In this document: positions 39,801 to 46,248 of the stretch, in pieces
Position numbering within the stretch: position 1 is the stretch's first letter
Layout: every line of letters begins with the position of its first letter
From: Parcubacteria group bacterium Athens0714_12
GTDB taxonomy: Bacteria > Patescibacteriota > Patescibacteriia > UBA2591 > VMGY01
NCBI GenBank assembly: GCA_007378955.1
Contig: VMGY01000003.1
Span: 26,264 to 90,263, forward strand
Reading direction: 5' to 3'
DNA: 64,000 nucleotides
The notes under the pieces: generated by a model
The model's database searches: none
What the model saw: the letters and a program-made list of their open reading frames with translations, nothing else
What the model was told of the DNA's origin: nothing
Position numbers and translations under genes: made by a program

Positions 39801-42800
39801 TGGTCGCAGACTGCTGGCGTATCCGCGGAATTTTTTATCAAATAAAGGCTGTCGAAAATTTCTTTCAAAATAATATTATCTAAGTAAAAAACTCCTTGTC
39901 CGTTAATCACGATGCTTTCTCCGCCATTTTCTTCCGCGTCAAAAGAAATCGGGCCTACGGTGTATGAATTCCATTCGTTAGAAATTAAGTTTACTCTGCC
40001 GAATTCCAAACTTAAATCAGGCCTTCGCAATTCGCTCAAAAGCTGGCCTTCTCCTTTTGCCCAAAAACTCAAAACATAACTTCTGCCTGGCAACGGCGAA
40101 ATTGATTTTGAAACCGCGCCGTTTACCCTTAAAGAATGCCCGCTGATATTTACCGATTCATTGCTGTTAACTCCTCCTTGCCAGCTCTGATTAGTTAAAT
40201 CTTCAAAATCATTTTTAAATAAAACGCGATAATTATTGGCGGACGCGCCTTTATATTCTCTGCAGCCCGCGCTCTGCCGGGAACATTTAACGCCTTGGCT
40301 GGGAATAGCCATATAAATACAATTATTATTCTGCCAAGTCCCGCCAGTCGCGTCGCAATCCTGCAAATTAGAATCTGTTTTTCTCAAAGGATGGCAATCA
40401 TCAGAACAGGTGATAGTTTTAGAATAAGAACGATAAAAAATTTCTCCATTGGTATTATAAAATTCCCGGCAATCAGGGTTGGTTAAAATTTTCTGACTGC
40501 AACTATTTGGGTCGTCAGAAACTAAATTAGGGTCGCAGCAACTGCCGGAATTATCAACAGTGGCAGGGACGCCCCCAGCCACTGACTCTAAATTATAAAC
40601 TTCCAATTGATATCCGGTTTGTTCGGAGCCGACCCAAGTATAAAAATTAGCGCAACTTAAATTCGGCTTCTGACATTGCCTTAAATACGTATAATATTCT
40701 TTGCCTTCGCCGCCTTGAGCCACCACATCCAAATTCGTAAATTCTTCGCAACCCGCATTCTGCGCTGAACATTTCTTCGCGTTTTTAGCGATTAAAGCCG
40801 TAAGGTCATTTCCTGTATCAAAAAAAGTGGGTGATTGCTTATAATAACGATAACCGACGCATTCCGCGGGGCATTTATTATAATCCATAATTACGCCCGG
40901 AATATCCGGCTCTCCCTGCCTTGAAACCGGAGTATAAAGCCGGCAGCCTAAATCATTCGCGTTGCAATAAGTCCGATTGCCATTAAGATAAATTTTTTCC
41001 ACCTCGGCATAATTTTCATATATATCATTTTCATCCGCATCAGCTTGCACAATATTAAAAACATCCGCCAAACTTCTATTTTCCGTAATCTTGCTTAAAT
41101 ATAAAAATTCTTCACAGCCTGATTCTTTCTCGTCGCATTTTTTAGCATTTTTATTTAAATAAATCCTGTCATTAACGTTCCATTGTTCATTAAGCATAGA
41201 CTGGCTGTACCATTTGCATCCGGCATTGTCGGCATCACAGCCATTTCTTTCCAAAGTATTGGTTAAATAGGAAAAAACCTTTCCGTCTTCCCGCCTGTAA
41301 GTTGAACAAGTGTCAAAATAAAAAGGGCATTCATCACCGCCTAAACGCCAAACATTTTTTTCTCTTAAGCAATATCCCCAGCCGCCCCGGCAATTACCAT
41401 TTTTGTCTTCACTGATGCAACTGGGCGTGTCCACGCAGACATCCTGCCTCCTATTGCTTTCATTGGATTCTAAAAATGTTCCTGAAACAAGGGACTTGCA
41501 TTGCGTAAGCGGCGCTTTTAAAAGCCACTCGGGGTCAATAAGATGAAAATATTTAGAATCAGGATTATCAAAATTATCCATCATTTGCTTTAAAGTCGCT
41601 TCTCCTTTGGAAATAGAGGCTGCTATTTCCCACCCTAAAGGTAAAATTCTAACTTTTCTTAATTTGACCAAATTACTATGGCAATAAGCGTATGTATAAC
41701 AATAAGCGTCTTGATTTTTAGCAATCTCTTCAGGAGAAATCAAAAGCCAATCGCCCTTGATGTATCCTTGCTCTATCGCTTCTCTGACGGTTAATTTTTC
41801 TCTTATCGCGTGAGCGAAATTTTCATCAATCGCGCAATTATCAATTGAGGCAAAACGAGTATCCTCCGGGCAAGAAACAAATTTGCTTAAAGGATTGTAT
41901 TCGCCGCCGGAACGGATATCAGGCACCGCCAAAGAAGAAAAGACATTTCGGGCTTTAGTGATGCCGCCCGCGCTTAAACCGCTTCCGAATCTGTTATAAT
42001 CTTCATCATCGCCTAAATCCATTAAACTCCAAAATCCTTTTTTCATTCTGTCCGTCAAGCGCGCCGTTAAAGTATTGGTAAAAATTGAAATTGTGTCCGC
42101 CCAAATTTCTCCGGTAAATGTTTTTTCCGGGGCATCCGCGCCTTTGATAGAATTTTTAACTTGTTCTTGGCTAAGGTCGGCCGGAGTTTCTATTTGTTCG
42201 GAAATAGGAGAGGTCACGTCTTTAACCCAATTACCAGCTCTCTTTAATTCAGCGTTAGTTTGAGCTTTTTGTTGGACGCTTAACATTTGACTGGATAAAG
42301 TTAAATAAGTTCCTATGTCATTTTGAGTTGGTTCAAAGCTAACCGCGAATCTTCTTAAAAAATTAGGGTCTTTCAAGGCTTTCTGCCAATTATTTCTCAT
42401 TTCTTTCCAGGTGCATTTTACTTCTCTCGGTTTTATTTCTTCACCCAATCCCAATTGAATTTTTAATTTAGCGGAAATATCTGAAGGTTCGCAGATGTTT
42501 ATATTCCATTGGCTGACGCAAACATCAGATATTTGCTTGTAAAGCCCTTCATCCGTTTTAGGGCAAGGACTTATTTCCGCTCCATTTATATCACTCAACC
42601 ATCTGCAATCAGCGGGGTCATTTGGATTATTGCACTGGCAATGAGTGCCAATAGGAGAACAAAAATTATTTTTGCCGCATCGCGCGGTTGAATTTCCCTT
42701 GCAATAGCCCGAACCGCTACTGACTAAAGTTTCCAGAAAATCTCCCGCCGCCGCGTCAGCCGCGTCTTCCAAATAAGTCTTCCAATTCTTAGTAAATAAA

Positions 42801-43147
42801 AGCGGTTTTTGGCCTTTATCTCCGCTGCCAATCCAGACCGCCGTGTCATAAGCGATTTTAGTGGTAAAAGTTTTTAAAGCGTTTTTAAAAGCAATCGCCG
42901 CCACCTTGTTATAAAGAAACTCCCCTGCTTTTTCTATTCTTTCCCATACCCATTTTGACATATTCATAACTGTTTGAATTGGATCTGTAACTACCCATTG
43001 AGCATTTGCTGGCTTTGGATAAAACAAAACAGGAATAATAACTTGCAAAATAAAAAATATCAAAACCACGCTGGCGATAACTTTTGTCTTGCCAGAATGT
43101 TTTGATGATTTGTTTTTGGGATTAAATTTCTGTTCCCGCCAAACCAT
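36857..43147 (-). CDS. giant (2096 aa) secreted cysteine-rich protein with a concanavalin/LamG-like lectin domain; putative surface adhesin of the T4SS-like locus
   Basis: N-terminal signal-anchor; more than 150 Cys in CxxC/CxC/CC-rich modules; central jelly-roll-like segment (about aa 975-1100) ending in YLDNIILKE. Confidence 0.65.
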   Translation of the reverse strand: MVWREQKFNPKNKSSKHSGKTKVIASVVLIFFILQVIIPVLFYPKPANAQWVVTDPIQTVMNMSKWVWERIEKAGEFLYNKVAAIAFKNALKTFTTKIAYDTAVWIGSGDKGQKPLLFTKNWKTYLEDAADAAAGDFLETLVSSGSGYCKGNSTARCGKNNFCSPIGTHCQCNNPNDPADCRWLSDINGAEISPCPKTDEGLYKQISDVCVSQWNINICEPSDISAKLKIQLGLGEEIKPREVKCTWKEMRNNWQKALKDPNFLRRFAVSFEPTQNDIGTYLTLSSQMLSVQQKAQTNAELKRAGNWVKDVTSPISEQIETPADLSQEQVKNSIKGADAPEKTFTGEIWADTISIFTNTLTARLTDRMKKGFWSLMDLGDDEDYNRFGSGLSAGGITKARNVFSSLAVPDIRSGGEYNPLSKFVSCPEDTRFASIDNCAIDENFAHAIREKLTVREAIEQGYIKGDWLLISPEEIAKNQDAYCYTYAYCHSNLVKLRKVRILPLGWEIAASISKGEATLKQMMDNFDNPDSKYFHLIDPEWLLKAPLTQCKSLVSGTFLESNESNRRQDVCVDTPSCISEDKNGNCRGGWGYCLREKNVWRLGGDECPFYFDTCSTYRREDGKVFSYLTNTLERNGCDADNAGCKWYSQSMLNEQWNVNDRIYLNKNAKKCDEKESGCEEFLYLSKITENRSLADVFNIVQADADENDIYENYAEVEKIYLNGNRTYCNANDLGCRLYTPVSRQGEPDIPGVIMDYNKCPAECVGYRYYKQSPTFFDTGNDLTALIAKNAKKCSAQNAGCEEFTNLDVVAQGGEGKEYYTYLRQCQKPNLSCANFYTWVGSEQTGYQLEVYNLESVAGGVPATVDNSGSCCDPNLVSDDPNSCSQKILTNPDCREFYNTNGEIFYRSYSKTITCSDDCHPLRKTDSNLQDCDATGGTWQNNNCIYMAIPSQGVKCSRQSAGCREYKGASANNYRVLFKNDFEDLTNQSWQGGVNSNESVNISGHSLRVNGAVSKSISPLPGRSYVLSFWAKGEGQLLSELRRPDLSLEFGRVNLISNEWNSYTVGPISFDAEENGGESIVINGQGVFYLDNIILKEIFDSLYLIKNSADTPAVCDQPITKAQINCEEYKDKKGNRYYLKSFSRLCEEDKAGCELLIDTRNSSSPYEESFNQGGDNIDDVTVQSDALVYVVVNSKNYCHSDDKGCRVFGLPSLDANGNLKLDSSNGQIWQTVYLKNNPDQYISTPEKIISPILCQNSEDKCEAYEANGATAYFKDPGERVCEFKENINLNGVITSGWFTKVNNLNCDIDEDRYPDIGWAGLCPSKYSGCTQFRPYQENTENLTGETYYYMDNNKLSFCSKEDWKDSCVKLEKMGINFNGQAREGEDNLLKVLRDRECGQWLTCENTHMVFDSRIGKYKEVCEDGGLILCDQSLGFGRGFSCSNEVNDPNLLQPLTQDVYASLNTGQWEALDFSGYSLFDKYQIHLLSSINFGSLDNPENKLVYILGDCPSGSANGSACNIGGRNGLCYSQRCVAGIDGNLPNGGALSSSCRGYPQKESPFSNNTRVITEFANANYCQDAGDGEVEACDCHYQKVSYGSGEEKYFAGNNLTIPDSICQGGEEDGKFCGQEVTVQDCRDGDGHCAPVKKKVNYIGWEGYCLERDKSKTINGKSDQFACLTWMPIDLIVGASDLYNQYVEAGFNAGGLGLGEGPFYCLEKEELNYDWRASYHEDSGECDGCPFGFVERNTRTYRRGLHDRCEWDCEVIGGNGCYISATLTIIPNLSQGDCNILSTGERCAEIAGVTQGAENKAWTDRVWQTSNFTNSLGYNYSSTCSPLFAALPNRAVDRETIFIDHENFPKCSQQEMFYIGDNDYQNNKSSLHDIFARSYQIYQYNIGNGYVPVNNSDVWDVTFTASNASRAPQISALKIRSVGVLDCDPSSGKCYQDANYRMTINNQNSGDILARGRIRTSLKFFSLVDKDQMPIRNIIINWGDGSASGPFPGFYKNHLAIGECDSRDFGHTPEACLEGYFNYYHSYRCEIGGAGWQAVCPVLGITNGGCCVFRPAIQIQDNWGWCNNGGYQAGCGGQMFDGRIVVIP

Positions 43148-43220
43148 AAAATTTATTTTAATTCATTAGACCTGTTGCGCAATAATTTTTTCTGCTGCAA
43201 CTTAAAATTTTGACTGAAAA

Positions 43221-43937
43221 TTATTCGGGCTTCGCGTTTTGCCGGTTCAACGCCTCTAAAAATAAAGTTCTTAAAGTCTTGTCATCAATTTGGTCCAAAA
43301 TTTCTTTTTCCGCGCCGCCTTCCATTAAAATGTTTCTGATGTCTTGAGCGGATAAATTTTCCAAGAGCGCTTGATTATTTTTTAAAACATCGGGGTTGAG
43401 ATTTTTTTCCAATGACAAATTTTCTGGGTTAATGCCCGTTTCTTTTATAGTTTCATTATACACTTCTTTTAAAGTCTTGTCATCAATTTTATCCAGAGTT
43501 TCTTTGTCCATTCCCGACTTGATTAAAAAATCTTTTATTTCTTCGGCGGATAATTCTGTTTCATCGCTTGACGAATCTTGTGAAGAAGATTCTACTGAAA
43601 CGGTTCCGCAAATTTCTCCTTCCGGACAAGAAGGATTTGTTCCCTTCTCTATTTCTTCTTTATCAAAAATTCCGTCGCCATCCGTATCTTCCAAATAAGG
43701 CGATGTCTTATAAACATTGAGCTCGTTAAAATCATTTAAGCCGTCTTTATCAGTATCTATATTATTTAAATCCAATAATTCCGAAACTTTTTGTTGTTCG
43801 CCTTGGTCATTGGCCGCTGAATTAAACGGCCTATAAATATTTGACTTGAATTGAAAAAAGGCGATAAAAAAAATCAGAATAGTTAAAAAACTTAAGCCCA
43901 ATAAAGATAATTTTTGCCGCTTGTTAAGAGATTTCAT
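43221..43937 (-). CDS. secreted calcium-binding protein with thrombospondin-type-3/dockerin-like DxDxDG loops and an internal duplicated domain
   Basis: Signal peptide; DTDKDGLNDFNE and DTDGDGIFDKEE loops; duplicated ETLDKIDDKTLKEVY / EILDQIDDKTLRTLF. Confidence 0.6.
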   Translation of the reverse strand: MKSLNKRQKLSLLGLSFLTILIFFIAFFQFKSNIYRPFNSAANDQGEQQKVSELLDLNNIDTDKDGLNDFNELNVYKTSPYLEDTDGDGIFDKEEIEKGTNPSCPEGEICGTVSVESSSQDSSSDETELSAEEIKDFLIKSGMDKETLDKIDDKTLKEVYNETIKETGINPENLSLEKNLNPDVLKNNQALLENLSAQDIRNILMEGGAEKEILDQIDDKTLRTLFLEALNRQNAKPE

Positions 43938-43982
43938 TAATTATAATTATAGCAAATAAATTAGAAAAGATAAATAAAAAAG

Positions 43983-44208
43983 ATGTCATTGTGAGGAACC
44001 TCGAGATTGCTTCGCCTGCTGGCTCGCAATGACAGGGCGGAAGAGTGTCATTGCGAGGAGCGACTGAAGGGAGCGACGAAGCAATCCCGTGTCCACTTGT
44101 CATTGCGAGGAGCGACCCCAAGGAGCGACGCGGCAATCCCGTTGTCTATCGCGTCCCCACTCTGTCATTGCGAGGAGGCAGCAGCCGACGCGGCAATCCC
44201 GTGAGTAT
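43983..44208. repeat. four tandem copies of the GC-rich GTCATTGCGAGGAGCGAC...GCAATCCCG element
   Basis: Units start at about 43986, 44047, 44099 and 44165; first unit is itself a hairpin (tgtcattgtgagg..ctcgcaatgaca). Confidence 0.6.
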
Positions 44209-45021
44209 TTATTTTAATTTCTCGCTAAGCCTGATCCAATCTTCCACGCTCAAATCCTGCGCCCTGATTTTCGGATTAAAATTCAATTTTTTAAATATTT
44301 CTTTTATCTCTTCATTGTTCATTTTTAATCCCGTGGCTAAGTTATTGTGTAATTGCTTCCGCCTGTTTGAAAAACCTATTTTTACTATCTTAAAAAAAAC
44401 TTTTTCATCTATTCTTGATTCTTGGCTTTTAATTTTTAATCTGATAATCGCGCTGTCCACTTTTGGCTCGGGATAAAAACTTTTTTTAGAGACCAAGCTG
44501 ATAATCTCCGGTTGGCTGTAAAACTGGACTGCCACGGAAAGCAAAGACATTTTACCCGGCCTTGCCGCGATTCTTTCGGCAACTTCTTTTTGAACTAATA
44601 AAACCATTTCTTCGGGCTTTATTTTGTTTTCTAAAAATTTCCGCAAAAAATTGCCGGTAATAGAATAAGGAATATTAGCGACAATCTTAAAGTTATGAGT
44701 TATAAGTTGCTGGTTGTAAGTTAATTTCAAAATGTCTCCTTCAATAATCTCCACATCTTTATAATCCTTCAAAATATCTTTCAAGGCTCTGATTATATTT
44801 TTATCAATTTCCACGGCCATGACTTTTTTAACTCTTTTGGCTAATGCTTGCGTTAAAATACCAAACCCCGGGCCAACTTCCAAAATTAAATCATCTTTTT
44901 TTAAATCAGCCGCTTCAATTATTTTATCTAAAATTTTATTGTCAATTAAAAAATTCTGCCCTTTCCAAGACTTGGGCAGAAGATTATATTTTTGGCAAAG
45001 AAATTTAATATCATTTAACAT
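44209..45021 (-). CDS. rsmA: 16S rRNA (adenine1518/1519-N6)-dimethyltransferase
   Basis: LEVGPGFGILT SAM motif, NIPYSIT, full KsgA architecture. Confidence 0.85.
   Translation of the reverse strand: MLNDIKFLCQKYNLLPKSWKGQNFLIDNKILDKIIEAADLKKDDLILEVGPGFGILTQALAKRVKKVMAVEIDKNIIRALKDILKDYKDVEIIEGDILKLTYNQQLITHNFKIVANIPYSITGNFLRKFLENKIKPEEMVLLVQKEVAERIAARPGKMSLLSVAVQFYSQPEIISLVSKKSFYPEPKVDSAIIRLKIKSQESRIDEKVFFKIVKIGFSNRRKQLHNNLATGLKMNNEEIKEIFKKLNFNPKIRAQDLSVEDWIRLSEKLK
44690..44725. repeat. AAGTTATGAGTTATAAGTTGCTGGTTGTAAGTT repeat antisense and in frame inside rsmA
   Basis: Encodes LTYNQQLITHNF; same motif family as the tRNA-leader repeats. Confidence 0.5.
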
Positions 45022-45073
45022 ATCTATGTCTGAATTACTAAATAACGATTATCCATTTCGTAATTCAAGGTAT

Positions 45074-46243
45074 TTAAATCTTTTTTAACTGGGTGATAAA
45101 GCTGTATAACAAAGTCATTAAGCCGGCGAGAACAAAAGCGGGGATAAAAGAATTCGGATATATAAATAAAAATAAATAAACAACAAGCATCGCCGCAAGC
45201 TTTCCTATTACCAAACTCATTTCAAAAAAAACAATCGTCTTCATTATTGAACTTTTAGAGCCCTGATTATAAACTAAGGACATCATCGGAATGCCAACTA
45301 ATCTTTGGCTTATTTGCGTGGAGGAATGAAGCAAGAAAACAGCAAAAGGAGAAGAAGTGAAAATTCTTAAAAACCAAGAGATTGAGCCAAAAATAATTCC
45401 GCTGTTCAAAATTTTGTATTTATCTTTTTCATCCGCCGTCTTTCCTATATAAAGAATGGATAAAGAGCTTATTAAAGTGCTTAAAGCGATTATTGAGCCA
45501 ATGGAAAAAAAATTTTTAGCGGTTAAATAAATAAAAACCGGCCAGATAACCAAAAAAATAAATTCCTCCCCGTATCCCAAATAAGCCAAAACGCCCTTAC
45601 GGTAATTTTTTTTAAACAAGCGCTTAAACGCGTCTTTATAAGAAAATTTTAAAGGAGTAAAAACTTCTTTCGTGGCAAGCATTGGCAAATTAGAAATCAA
45701 AATTAAAAAGCTAACCATCATAAACAAAACTTTAAATCCAAAAAAGGAAATTATCAAACCGCCTAAAAATGGCCCGACGACGCAAACTATTGAATAGAGA
45801 ACCACTAAATTGCTTATTTCCCTGCTTCTTTCCTCGCCTCTGCCAAAACGGGTGAAATCCGCATGGTAAGCGGGCCAATAAAGCGCTTTTGAAACAGCCA
45901 GCATTAATATCGCCAAATAAACAAAATAAACATTTCTGGAAATACTGAATAAGCTCAAATAATACAAAATGCAAAAAAAACTGCTGTAAAAAATGGAGTG
46001 TTCATAGCCTTTAGTTCTGGCGATATTGGCGCCAATAGGCACAATAAAAAAATACAATGCGTAAACGAAAATAAAAAATAAAACAATCTGGGATAAAGAA
46101 AAACCCAGCGTGTAAAGATAAATTGGCTCAAAAATTGATACCGCACTAATGGCTAAATTTAAAATCAAGGTGGATAAATAAAGTTCTTTGAGTTCCCTTT
46201 TTAAACCATTGGCAATACAGCCGTCAAAAATTTTTAGCTTCAT
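45074..46243 (-). CDS. MFS-like 12-TM transporter
   Basis: Two six-helix halves with a charged central loop; no specific subfamily recognised. Confidence 0.55.
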   Translation of the reverse strand: MKLKIFDGCIANGLKRELKELYLSTLILNLAISAVSIFEPIYLYTLGFSLSQIVLFFIFVYALYFFIVPIGANIARTKGYEHSIFYSSFFCILYYLSLFSISRNVYFVYLAILMLAVSKALYWPAYHADFTRFGRGEERSREISNLVVLYSIVCVVGPFLGGLIISFFGFKVLFMMVSFLILISNLPMLATKEVFTPLKFSYKDAFKRLFKKNYRKGVLAYLGYGEEFIFLVIWPVFIYLTAKNFFSIGSIIALSTLISSLSILYIGKTADEKDKYKILNSGIIFGSISWFLRIFTSSPFAVFLLHSSTQISQRLVGIPMMSLVYNQGSKSSIMKTIVFFEMSLVIGKLAAMLVVYLFLFIYPNSFIPAFVLAGLMTLLYSFITQLKKI

Positions 46244-46248
46244 ATTTT

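Noticed and set aside
43983-44208. Tandem GC-rich repeats considered as a CRISPR array
   Set aside because: The units are about 50-65 bp with two conserved blocks and only 10-17 nt variable segments. There are no regular unique spacers of repeat-like length and no cas genes anywhere in the window. A hairpin repeat element fits better.
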